A stretch of 60,146 nt of DNA, filler included, from Platydemus manokwari (GCA_037951405.1; 5 parts of 5 records of this genome joined end to end with filler, not necessarily neighbours in it), one strand, 5' to 3'; shown: positions 46,600 through 59,816, counted from the whole stretch's first letter. Notes: generated from the letters alone by a model not told the origin. Made by a program: numbers and translations.

Positions 46600-48850
46600 T
46601 AAAATGGTTCTTCACGGAGACCAGATTGATGAATATGTATCGACACATGTTAAGTTAAATGACTTCATGTTCATCAGTAGCTATATTGCCGAATTTATTA
46701 CAAATGGAGCCAATCTCAGTGAAGTTGGTATCAACCCATGAAGTTCACAACATGTAAAACGACCCTTACTCCAATTAGCATACCAAACCAACGCTCATGA
46801 AAAAAGAGGTGAAACTGATTTGAAACTAAGGAGACTGTTTAATAACGCTCCAAGTGCTACCTTTCAATTAGCCACGCAATACACAAAAGTTGACTGCTGA
46901 CCTATTCAAAAAGACTGCAAAAAACATTTCAAGGAAACACAGATATAAAAAGCAGATCTTCCTGATTGCGTAGGATCGTGTACGAAAGCATGTAAAAATT
47001 TTTGTTCATTAAAGCAAGTTACTAAAAGGGGCCAAAACTTTGACTTCAACAGAATAGAACCAGGAACAATTTATACAACCCTTTGCAAAAAAAATCGAAG
47101 TGCTCCTGGAAACAGCAAGATCAATTATAAAGATATTCTATATGCAGACCCAGAGACAAAAATCATACACAAGATTTTCACAAAATGTCTAGATAACCAA
47201 GAAATACCAGAGGGATGGGAAACATGTACAACATTAATGATACAAAAACCCATGAAAGAGGGTCACTATCATCAAGTCAGTTCCTGGCTCTCCATTGCTC
47301 TGCTCAACTGCAGCTATAAAATTTTCACAACTATTCTGTACAAACTACTGAAGAATTGGACTGATGAAAACAGCTTAATACATCAACTCCAGAAAGCCTA
47401 TGTCCAAATGAAGGATGTGCCGAACACAAATTTTTACTTCTAGCCATTATAGAAGAACACAGGAAGAAAAACATCGACAATGTGCACATAAGATTCTTAG
47501 ACATCGAAGAATCCTTCCCTTCATTAGATCTTGAAGCGATGTTCACAATCCTTGAACATATGTGCATGACTGAAACTGCCATCAGAATCATAAGAAGTCT
47601 CTACACAAACTGCCAAACTTTTCTTAGATGAGGAGATTATGAAACGAAACCAATTAAAATTGGTAGGCTACCTAATCATCATGCTTTTATTCAACATGGC
47701 TATCAATCAAATCTTGATACAATAGAAGGACTGTTTATTGACATGGAAACTCTGTTGAATAAACTAAAAAAATACATTTTACTACGATGCAGAAGTTAAG
47801 GGCCTTTGAGTTGTTCGTACACCAAAGTGACCTTCTACATGAGAAATTACTATGTCACTTATAATAGATTACTGCAGTTTGATGTGATGATAAAAAAATA
47901 TCTGAAAAAAATCCTTGGCGTACCGAAATTTTGCTCATCTAATTACCTCTACTCAACAAAATCAAACGGTGGTTTTGGACGACGAAACATGACGGAGGAG
48001 TACACAATACAATCGATCACCCACGCTTTTCATTTATTAACAAGCAAACATGAAATGATTAGGATGACGGCCATATACTCCTTATGGAAAAGTGATGGAT
48101 TAAATAACCAAGCTGCGACAATCAAGGAATCATTAGAATGGATCAGTTCGCATATTCTACCAAATAAAAGGAGCAAAACATGATGGGGTAAAGTAAGAGA
48201 GAGAATTTAAAAAAGAACCAAAGAAAATCAAAAAAACGTCAAAACTGCCTATTTAAAGTTTTGGACGATCTTACCAAGTAAACTGGACTAATAAAATCAG
48301 AAATGGACGCTATAGCAGCTACTCAGAAGCTATTAGTTTAATGTGCTCAAAAGTAGTTTTTAGTGGGCACCTAACTATTGCTGAATTCAGACGGGCAACC
48401 TTCCCACTCTGAATAAAAAGTATATGAGAGGAATGGCATGCAAAAAATGTTTATATGAAGTAGAATCGCAAACACACGTTTCACCTGTTGCAAACAATCT
48501 CACTCGTTTGCACTCTATTGGTACGACAGACATGATGAACATACTGGACAAGGAAGTTGTTAACAATACGGATTACAGAATCTTTGTAGAGAAAAAATGT
48601 CAATTCACGTAATCCAAATTAAGAGTGGATCTTCAAATAATAAATGATCGAAAATCCACGATCGCCCTAGTCGATGTAAAATGCCCCATGGACGAACCTG
48701 CTTTATGGCCAACAGCTCAAAAGAATATAGAAAATATGCAGACCTCCAATTATTGTATGCACAACTGTTATACATTGGGATATGATGTCAGTGTCAGAGA
48801 TCAGGATTCCACAAATGCCCGGTATTTTTTCTGGAAGACCCTGCAGTAAA
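46600..48850 (+). mobile_element. Decayed non-LTR retrotransposon with restriction-like endonuclease (R2/NeSL/Utopia-type)
   Basis: RT motifs SAPGNSKINY, IPEGW, SSWLSIALLNCSYKIFT, LQKA, EGCAEH, FLDIEESFPSL; thumb region YLYSTKSNGGFG; knuckle CKKCLYEVESQTHV; RLE-like RVDLQII...IALVDVKCP. The YADD region appears deleted, and there are many stops. Confidence 0.9.
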
Positions 48851-49249
48851 CTGCATTTGCATAAAATCCTGATCAATATTATTTATCTTCTATTTTTTAT
48901 TATCGAGTTTAACTCAAGCATCTCAAAAGGCAACTGGTTTTGTTCGAAGACTGTGGAGTTTATAAGTCCCGATTTTTATCCAGGAAATGTTAAGGTTCGT
49001 TGTAAAGTTTTATATTTATTGTAGCATTGAAATTAACTGGTAATTTATTATTTGTATTTTGTTATCAGTTTGTATCATTGTTATTAGGTAGGTCTATCTG
49101 GTGTTCTAACTTGTGTTCTAACTATATCTAACTCCAAAAGACAGATTGCTAACTAAGATCTATTTGTTCCATAAAGTACACTCTTTGTACAAAATACACA
49201 CAACGGTTAAACTCTTAAATATAAGTTTTATAAAAGCGGAACTTGCCCG

Positions 49250-49349
49250 NNNNNNNNNNNNNNNNNNNNNNNNNNNNNNNNNNNNNNNNNNNNTTAATTA
49301 ATTAANNNNNNNNNNNNNNNNNNNNNNNNNNNNNNNNNNNNNNNNNNNN
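49250..49349. other. Artificial contig spacer
   Basis: 44N-TTAATTAATTAA-44N. Confidence 0.97.
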
Positions 49350-49479
49350 CTCTTTACCCGATTTTGTTCTCTTTAAGCAAGTTCTCTCTAAGCGACATCT
49401 ACTGTATTATATTTATTATTTAAAATAATCTTTTTTAAAATCATTATTTAAAATAATGATTTTAAAATTAATTCAAAAA

Positions 49480-51290
49480 TTATTTAAACCGCAACCCAGA
49501 GCAACCAGTTTAGAGATCCCCAGGCGTATGGCTGTGATCGCGAAAGCGAACAGCCTGGATCTCAATCACCAACTTAAAATATTTTCCTTAATATTTTATT
49601 ATACACTTTTTCATAAATAATTTCACAAATAATTTCACCCACTTATTGAATTTTAATAAAATTAATTTGTCAAACTTTTACCAGTCATCATCAGTACCAC
49701 TTCCTAATAACCACCCAGTCTCTAAGAATATATTTTTAAATATAATAATTAAAACCGATTCATCTACCAGTATCGATACTGACGATATGGTATTAACACA
49801 AAACTCCGATGACTCCGACGTAGAATCTTTTTCACAAACTCCAACTAAGTCAAATAATATATCATTAAACTTATAGAGGTGCCCCTAACAATACTGCCCA
49901 CATGATTATGTTAGACGATAGGTCAGCCAGTTGCACTCATTGCGATAAGACATATATCTATCCATTTACCAACAATAAGAATATTATTGAGCATTTCGCC
50001 GATAAACACGATAAAGACATACCGGCTGACTTTACCATTTTATGTCATTGTTGGTTCTTAGGTAACGCTATAGAATTTAAAATCCATAATGATGAACACA
50101 AATTATCCCTTAACTTTTAAACTGATGTCCACTCAACTTTCGAAGTTATCCAAATAACACCAGAAGACCTCTCTGCCCAATGACTGTCTAGCTCTGTCAT
50201 TGAGGCTTTTATTAAATTCAAAAATCCCAACCCGTTAGACTATATTTTTATTAACCCCCAACCTTTTAGTGCCATTCTTAAAAGCGACTTTAAGACATTC
50301 TATAGGACATTTCCATTCCCCAATTTAGCATCGGGGAAAGTAGCATTTTGGCTAATCCACTGAAGCGATTGGCACTGGAATTTATATATAGCAAATTTAA
50401 ATAAAAACGCTTCATTTTTTATAGACCTTGCGACCTTTTATCTAAGTGAGGCCCAAAAACTATTATGGTCTACCTTGGATAATTTATTTCACAATTTAAC
50501 CAAAATTAATTTAAATATTTTATTAGACTAAAATCTTCTTCCCAATTTACCTAAGCAAATAAATACTATAGATTACGGCTTATTCATTATCCAACATCTT
50601 ATAGACTATTGCACCCAATCTGATACATTTCACACACCGAACGCTGAACTTCGAATTGAAAAAATAAATAAATCTCCAATATCTTAAAATCCATTAATAA
50701 TATTATGTAATCACATAATCCCCACTCATTAATATTAGAGGCATTAAAATTACTTGAATCCGACTCTCCCAACCTCACGTACATTCTCACACTAGCCAGC
50801 AACGCACTAACCACAATAGACCCAGCACGATTTACTAACAAACAACAAGTCAAGCTGTCAGTTCTCCACCTAAGTCCCCACGTTCGGCTTAGACAATAAT
50901 ACATACAACAACCTAAAAAACAATATACCAATTACTCCCGACGTCAACCCCACTACTACTACCAATATTAGAAAATATAATAGACCACTTCACAATACCA
51001 GCACCACCGCCATTATCACCGAGTTTTAACCCAGATTTACCGATAGAAATTGAAATCTCTATCTTAAAACAGATAACCCTTGACGAACTGACTAATTGCC
51101 TCAAAAACTTATCTAATTCAGCCCCAGGGACCGATGGCATAAGATAAAGCAACTTATTCAACAAAATATTGGCAAATAAAACTATTCTCGATCAGTGCAA
51201 AATTTGGAAAACTAGCCTTCTTTTAAAACTGGGCAAAGATAGCCTCAAATAGTTTCTTCTTGGAGACCCACAGGATTAACTGACCCTTCG
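49480..51290 (+). mobile_element. 5' half of a NeSL-clade non-LTR retrotransposon: zinc fingers + Ulp1/C48-like cysteine protease + start of RT
   Basis: From 49902, one frame read through stops gives CTHC...HFADKH and CHC...HNDEH, then Q*LSSSVIEAF, FWLIH*SDWHWNLYIA...FFID and LPKQINTIDYGLFII (C48 His/Asp/QxxxxDCG order). Further on: ITLDELTNCLKNLSNSAPGTDGI...WKTSLLLK...SSWRP. Confidence 0.8.
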
Positions 51291-51429
51291 TTTTATATTT
51301 TAATTAAATTTTTTGTGTATTAATCTTCCCATTAATAAAGCTTGTGGATAAAATAATTTGAGAAAATAATAATAACAATTATAATAATGACACGGAAATA
51401 ATTATAAACGAAAAATGATGAAACTTTAA

Positions 51430-53108
51430 GGATCTTGTGAGACAATAATTTAACATTTTATATTATGTATATCGACAATCTTTAGGATAATTTTTATATT
51501 TAAATGGTAAATCCTTTGAGAATTAAGATAAATGTATCCATTTTTTCCATAGAAGCGTGAAGAATAAACCCAACTCTCAAATCGTATAAATAGGTGGTTA
51601 AAACCTCACAATTTCGCCCATATAAAAAACCACTAATTTTCTGTTTGAAGATTTACGAATCCCATTTACCCATTTGAAACCATTAGGAAGGTTGTATGAA
51701 ATCACTTAAGAAATCATTAAGCTCGTGTCTACTTGAAGCGTGCCAGTATACTTTTATAAAGTCCAAATTTGTTTATTATTGATTAAGTTGAGACTGATAA
51801 CTTTAAAATCAATAGATTATCGTTACCATTTGATATTGTCATCATACAGTGGAAAAAGAATTAATAGCTTCAATAGATCGTACATTAGGCTTGATTAGAA
51901 TTCCTTGAAAATGATTAAGACAGTCATCTACAACGAGTTAAAATCTGAAACTGATAACAATGTTAAAACAAAAAGAGCAAGCCCCAAAACGCATCCTTTT
52001 TTATATAATTTTATGTGGGAAGAAGTTATCAATTTTATTAAAATTCATATTAAAAAATTATATTAAATGAATGGCAAGATCACTATGATGAATAAAATTA
52101 TATTTTTGAAAAATATAATAATAAATAAATTATAATTAAATTTATGTAGATAAATTATAATAAATAAATGTAGGCAAATATAAATTAATTTAAAAATGTG
52201 GAAAATTGGAATAACAATTGGAGTGGGTATTACAGTGGAAATAGTCCTGGAAACCAACATGATAAGTATAGAGTAAATAGTTATAGAAACCATTTTAATA
52301 AAAATAATTAGAATGGGAAGTATGGTAGAAATAATCGAAATAAATGGAACAACGGAAAAAAACAGTAGAGGACAATGGATCAATGAGAATTGAAATGCAT
52401 GAAATAATAATAGGAATAGTTTCAATATAAAACAAGAAGCTATGACAGGTGGAATAGAGAATCAAGGATTCAACGAGAGAAATAGAGGAAACAACACAAG
52501 ATTTTTAAGAGATAAAACGAAAAAAGATGGAAATATTCAAAGTTATAACTTTCAATAATATCCCGTGTTAATTCTTTTAGTATTAAATAAAAGTCATATT
52601 TAGATCTATTATGAAAATATGACTGAAAATCTTTTGGTTTTCTAGCAACTAAGTTATAATTTCTACCTGTTGTTTCTCTGTAATTATTTTCTTTTGGATA
52701 ATGATCATGATAACTGCTCATGTCACCATTGAAAAAACGTGTTACAATAAATATAATTAGTTGAATTATTAAAATAAATTTCATCTTGTTGTGTTATATC
52801 TATTCCAAACTTTGTATTTAATTTTTTAAGCTATTTCCATTATTAACAAGCCATAATATAAGTTCTTTTGCACAATTTTCACCTTGAAATAATTTAATGT
52901 CATTTTTAATTAGATCTGGATATCTTAAGATTAATTTTAAACAAAATACATGAAGGTATTTGTTTGCAAATAATTTTGGTTTAATTATCTTTACTTCCTT
53001 CGATTTATATACACATTCAATATCAGCCACTATTATAAATGGAATTGTAATTTGATGGTTAAGGTTTTGAAATCTTAATATATTAGTAAAAGCATCGATT
53101 GATTCCAT
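51430..53108 (-). mobile_element. Second decayed Polinton/Maverick-type pPolB relic
   Basis: LRFQNLNHQITIPFIIVADIEC...FQGENCAKEL (52818-53108); endonuclease-VII-like and exonuclease II motifs HDHY...NYRETTGRNYNL...YFHNRSKYDFYLILKEL (52550-52730); YNLPNGFKWV and KDLPF (about 51500-51700). Interrupted by unrelated Asn-rich sequence. Confidence 0.75.
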
Positions 53109-53169
53109 TAAAATCCACTTATTTAAAAATCACACTCATTTTCACGAATATATAAACAAATCTAAGATG

Positions 53170-54800
53170 TAATTAACCCAATATGACTTTTTGGTCTGTT
53201 TCTTTAATTTTCGAAAGTCCAAACAAATTTTGATCGATCCATCTTTCTTTGGAATCAAAACCAAAGAAGAGTTTCAAGGGCTTTTGCAAGGCGTTATGAA
53301 GGTTTTCCATCAATTCTTGAATTTTGGTTTCTAAATTTATTGGTTCCCTTCTGGTGTTTTGTTCGGATTTCCTACTTCACAAAATCTATTAGTCCCTAAT
53401 TGAAGCCGAGACACCATAAAAATTGAGCTATTTTTTGTTTTACACCTATTCAATGAGAAATCATTCTTATCACCAATACTCTTCAGTGCTATTTCAATTC
53501 TGTCTTGGTCGCTGTTTTTCATTCCAGCGTCTTTGCAAGGAATATCCCACAAGTCTTCATCATATTAACTGCTCTGATAAATTCTGGTGAAATTTCTTTT
53601 ATTACAAAGATCTCCTTTTACTAGAATTTAGTTTTTCCAGACTATTGGGATCCTTATTATCCTAGACACAATTTATGTGCTTTGGAGAATACACCAGACA
53701 ATCTAATATCTGAATTTTTAATCTGCGGTTCTCCAATGGGCCACTAATTGTTCTCGTTCATTACTGCTATTTGTTACACTAGAATCTCATAACATTTCAA
53801 TATGTGCACCGCCGCACTTAATTTTACTCTACTGTCTGATACACCTGTGCATGTTTCATCTTGCCGCATATTTTCTTTACTTCTATTATGTTTCCATCTG
53901 ATATGTGTCCTATTAGCTCAACTCCATGGACTAGATAGGCACAGATAGCCTTCATTGATCTTGTTGGTCTTATATTGTTTAGAGATTTCATGTGATTAAC
54001 TGATGCACGATGATATTCCATTACACCAAAATTTCTTTTCTATACGATTGGACTTGGTTTATTGAACTTTCTGAGAGGTCTTTCTAGAGTCACTTTGTAA
54101 TACTGACTGATGGTGTTTAGATGTTCGTCGGAGTTAACTTTTCAAAATTGACAGCCAGCTCTATTCTTCTATTGGTAGACATTGCAAAATCAAGAGACTC
54201 TTTCAATTTCTTGCTATTTAGACCTTGCAGAAAAAATTGTATTGAAATTTCTGCAAAGTGTTTTTCTTGTCAAACACCTCCGAACCTTGCTTCTTTACCC
54301 TAAGTTCAAAATGACGGTATTTTTCATCTGGTCTTTGTTTCATTGCTGCCAAATCCTTAACCTTGTCATACAATGTTTTGGCATGTGAGAAAGTTTACAA
54401 AAACCATTTCTCAGTCTCTTCATTTGAAACAGCGTTATTCTTGCAACAGTTGTTTGGCGTCATCTCTCAGCAGCATGTCAAATTCAAATGATAGTTCCAT
54501 TTGATTGAATGTGGCCAAATCCTTGGTTGTCTGGAACCATTTTTCAGCATCTTGGATTGACCGGAATCAATAACTCCTGAGTTTTTGATGCAGATTCACA
54601 AAGATTTTCGGCCTCTCTTCTCTTATATCGGCAAGGTATCCAGTAAAACAATCGGTTATGTTCATCAAAATTTATTGTTTCAAAAGTCACAGGCGTATTC
54701 TTGAATATTTGCTACTGTTATTTTTCCTGATTTTGTACAATTGGTTTTATTAGGGTTGTAGAAATTTCAGCGATAACTTGATTTAGTAACAATTTTGTAT
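53170..54800 (-). mobile_element. Ty3/Gypsy LTR retrotransposon relic (gag to start of RT)
   Basis: Gag-like LAAMKQRPDEKYRHFELRV...IQFFLQGL, and the RT start ITPCKSP*NSSLVLIPKKDGSIKICLDFRKLK (about 53200-53300). Truncated against the pPolB relic. Confidence 0.8.
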
Positions 54801-56521
54801 ATAGTTTTTTTCAGCATCCTTATTTAATTTACTTTTAAAGTTATATTTTTTCTCAATAGTTTCATTCTTTTACTTTACATTAAAACAAAACAATGGAAAT
54901 AATCAAAATACTAATGTAAACAACTTTTAATTTTTTAGTCTATCTACAATTATTAATTTTCAAGGTTTGGGTATAAAATATTAATAAATTCAAGTTCAAA
55001 AACAAAATCTTTGCAAAATCTATGAAGGGTTTTAGTGAGACATTTATTAGAAATTTAAAAATACAAGTTTAAATAGTTATTTTTAGTTCCTTAGAAATCT
55101 CTTGGGTGCCAATTATATGACATCTAAGTATTTAGCAATATTACGTGATAAAAATTCTACACTTTCTGTAGAGGCCTAAATTTCATTCTTTAATAAAATT
55201 TGAATATATTTTAAATTATTAATTAATATTAATAAAAATAAATTTTATGCTTTTCTTCTTTCTGTGTAGAGCTGCAATATAAAATTTATGCATTTTGAAA
55301 TCGAGTAAAATTACAGAATTTTGAACACGGAAATGTCTATATACACTTGAAAGATTAGATTTTAATATGCAACCTAGAATACCATTGGTTTCAAATACTG
55401 TATACAATACATTTCTCTCCATTTCAGTGGTTGAATCTCATATTATTAGAATTTAACACATCGATCATTGAAATAGTCTAAAAATACGTTATTAACGTAC
55501 CTAGAACAAATATTGCAAATTTTAAATTTCAACTTGTGGGAAAATTATGATGACAATTTAATTCCACCAATAGTCATAACATTTGTTAATAATCGAACCA
55601 CAAATAATAAAAACCATAAATAATATATTTAATATTTTATTGTAATTTATGTTCATTCTTATCGCGCTATAGCTGTTTATCTTATGTGGGAGGGGATTCT
55701 CGTATATTGCGCTTGAGTTTAGGGAAATTTTAATTTTTATGTTGGAAATTTAAAACAAGAGACTCTAATTAGTGAATATTATTTAAAAATTAGTTTATTA
55801 TCAATATTACTGAGTTTGTAAGTTTTAATAATTGATTAGATTAGCATACAGCTCATGTTACAGGTCATCAAAAGCAGTTCTTTGGCATTCTCACAATAAA
55901 ATAACATAATTTCCCAAATGATTTCCAAATAAGTCAGTTCAGATAATCTATTGAAGAAGACATAATTTGAAGTGTCGGCATATCTCCGATAAAAATTATG
56001 AAACTTAATGGGAATATGCAGTGCTGGACTGACAACTTAGTTAATTATTAATTTTTAATGTCAAAAAATAGAAAAGTGAGATATGCAATTTTGATTTTTT
56101 TTATTATTACATGACATTCCACGAGGTAAAATATTCAATTCGAAATTTAAAAATATTCAATAATTAAAGAAATCGAACCAATCGCATCTGTAATACTAAG
56201 TTTTTAAAATGATTAATATTGGGACTTCTAATAATAACACCATTCAAATTTTAAACTTTCATAGTACAGTAAAATAACAAATAAAAAGTTATTATTAATC
56301 GAGAATCAATCTTAATAATTTTTGACATTTTTCATAAAACTTTAGCCATGTTTTTAATAAGAAATTTTCTAATAATTAAAAGTAAGTACAACATAATTGT
56401 ATTTATCTTGTCAATATTGCAAAATGTCACAATGTAAGAATTTTGATATAATTGTCCAAAATTAATTAAACTGCCCATATTCATATCTTAGGATGGACAC
56501 ATACATTTATATATATATACA

Positions 56522-59500
56522 TTATGACAATAATCCGATTACTATTATTTCATCAATTGCTTCTCTTTTTTCAGTGTTAAATGAATTAGAATCATCATTA
56601 AGTATAAGATCACCATTAGATTTATCACAAACTGGAACAATTTCGGAACATTTTTGACTGTTAGGAATATCTTTAAAATCCAAACCTTTTAGCCTATCTT
56701 CAATATTCCCTAATTTCACGTGCAAATTATTAAGTCGTTGAAATTTTGAAATATTTTCGATATTTTTTAATGGTATTGATCCTTCTATTAGGAAAGGATA
56801 TTGTGAATTTACTTCCAAGCATTTTACTGGATTGTCATCCAATTCTATATCTTGTGGTGGGGTTACTGCCTGAATTAAACAATTATAATACATTAGTCAT
56901 ATTAAAAAACATACATTCAAAAAGAGTTTGTTTTCCGTGGCTGAAGCATCTGAATAGTTTTATATTTTAATTAAAATTAATCACTCGAAAAATAAATACT
57001 TGTCAAATTAGTTTCAGAGACAAAATGAATTTCTTTCGATGAAACATTATTATTATCATTGGAAAGTTTTCTGTTCATTCTATTACCACCACATTTATTA
57101 AATGTTAATGATTTGTTTTTAGAATATTTTTTGTTCAAAAAATTTTGGAAGTCTGGATCATGACATTTTGGAAGAGTATTATCTTGAGAATTCTTCGCTC
57201 TATCATCTAATCGTAAAATTTTGCAATACTTTTTATTGTCTGATTCTGAAGATTCACGAATATCTGAATTTTCAGAAGAATTGAACGAAGATGATGGAAC
57301 GCTGTTCAACGAATTGTTTGAACAAAACCTACTTTCAGAATGTTGATCATTGACTGAAAATTTCCCCATACTGATATCTAGTTCTGAATCTAGAGTAGCT
57401 CGTTGATAGCGTCTGCATTTTGAAGGCACGTTATTTTTATGTAATTCATTCTCAGAAATAATATCAGTATGCGTGATACTCGAATTTTCAGTATTAACCG
57501 ACATAGAGTCTATATCTTTAATATCATATTTCTCACTAAACATATTTGGGGGAATATTACATTTGTTTTTGTACATCAAAATTGCTTGATCTCCAAAATA
57601 ATCATCCATTAATGAGTAATTATTAGATGGATTTACTTCATTAGTCAATCCAGTGATTGTCTTGAATTTGAAAATATGATTATTAATTGATAAAATAGAA
57701 GCAGATAAAACGGATTTTTTATGGATCAATGTTTGTGCGCTCAATACAGAAAAATGACTTGCAACTGTCACAAAAATATTGTGTATAGATGGCAAATATT
57801 CTAAATTATATTCACATAATAATAATTTATAATCAATGCAATTTATACCCGCTACTTCCAAATAATATGGAATATTGAGCAATATCAATTTATTGTGATT
57901 TATCTGACCAATAAATTCTTTAGGATTAATACTGACAGGTTTCGGTGGTTCAGTACAAAATTTTAATTTTGCCATTTGCCTCAAGTTCCGTGAATTATCA
58001 AATTTATTTGCTTCGGATACCTTATTATCAATTATATTAATTTCGGTCTTAAGTGGGTTCAAATGGTCAATTGATTCATTATTATCATTAATTAATTTGG
58101 TTTCCTTAGAATCATCATCGGGTATATCAGTAGCATTTGAAATCCCTGTGATATATAAATTCAATTCTTCAATTTTTATATAGCGTACCATTAAAACTCT
58201 CCAGTTCATTTAAGTCGTCGACTATTAGAGAATCACGTGATCTAAAATTTAATTACATCTAAGTTTTAGAAATGTATTTCGTGACTAAATTACGGTAATC
58301 AAAAAGTAATTTATTTCAAGAAAAAAAGCAATACTTAAAAGTTTGATTTGAATACTACGTTAAAGATCATATTAAAATCAAAAATATAACGAATATTAAA
58401 TTAGAGATATAAACTCGGTTTGTTAAAAAAATAATGGGCATTGATTAAAAATAATAAAAATTACTAATATATATATATATAATCATAACTAAAACATAAC
58501 TGAGTTATTTTGTTATCAGTCATAAATGATATAAAACATTTCAAAAATGAAAATTTAAACATTGTTTACTCGTTTCATTTTTACTATAATTAAATGAATG
58601 GATTTTCGTTTATCGTGAAATATTAAGTTGTTTCAATTAAAAAATTATTTTAAAAAGTTTGCTTGAAAAATTACTTGCTGCAATGTGTTTCTTTGAAATA
58701 TATTAAAAATTATAACAGGCTTTTATTGACCTCATGATACCCCGTTCCTGTGAAAGACTACAAAGAATAAAAGTAAAATTAGAAAACATTAAATCAGTGC
58801 CTAGAAAAATCTTATAAAAACACTATGTGCTTAAAACTCATAATGTAAATAATTAATTAATTTTAATCTTATAATCCCATTTGTATAAGTTTGTTAAGGA
58901 AAATTCCGTAAACCATAGAAACTTTTAGAGATTTTTGTGATAGGTATTTTTTCAAATTTAAAATGTTACAGTTTGTAAAATATACGTTTGTGTAATCTAT
59001 TACAATACCTTGGAATTTGACAATAATTGGCTTCATTTAAATCATCTAAAATATCTTCATCAGATGTTTGGCAAATACCATTAACAAGCATGTTTATTCG
59101 ACTTTCGTCTGACGTTGATTCATCTTTCGATTTATATTTTTTATATGTAAGTTTATTCTTCCTAATCACCTGGCATTTTTTTAAGCAATACTCCAGATCG
59201 ACTTTATTAAAACCAGGACTCCATGAAAACTGATTTTCTTCCACGGATTCATGTACATTTAACGATAATAGTCTATCCGATGATTCATCTAGTGACCTAA
59301 ATGATTAATATTAATTGATTTATTAACGGTATCTTATTTAAATAACCCATCATATTCTTCATCAGATTCATTATTGATTCGTCTGAAATAAAGTTTAAAT
59401 ATTGAAATTTAATTATCCATACCTTAAATTTAACAAAGTTTTCTTAAGATAAATATCAATTTCTGTTTCAGGGTAATTATTAATTTTTTCAAAAATATTA

Positions 59501-59816
59501 TATACTGGCAGGAGGTATTTTTCATCTTGAGGAACTAAACTTCCAAATTCATTCAAGCCAAATTTTGGTTTCTTAATTTTTAAATATCTGTCAATAGATT
59601 TTGGATTTTGTTTTGAACAATCCAAAGTAGTCAGTTTTTGAAATTTTTTGTCTTCCTTTAAGGCTAAATCTATTTTTAATAACATAATATTAAAATAAAT
59701 TATTAAAAGCTTAAAGGTGTATAGATAGATGCATATGAGATGACAACATTACACACATACAAATGAAAGCGCAAGAACCATACTGAAGAAAGATATCATG
59801 GCTACATGATTGCAAC
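56522..59816 (-). CDS. Unidentified multi-exon Ser/Asn/Asp-rich protein (partial; exon structure partly uncertain)
   Basis: Several minus-strand ORFs link in phase via ~40-55-nt GT-AG introns: ...LLNLR|RINNESDEEYDG|SLDESSDRLL...; SRDSLIVDDLNELESFNG|ISNATDIP...TNLT|NASATENKLFLN|AVTPPQDIE. One exon is about 1.15 kb. The junction across about 58250-59000 is unresolved. No family recognised. Confidence 0.65.

Noticed and set aside
49150-49480. Spliced-leader RNA or rDNA target next to the NeSL-like element
   Set aside because: No recognisable SL exon with donor and Sm site, and no rRNA, tRNA or snRNA sequence seen here or elsewhere in the window.
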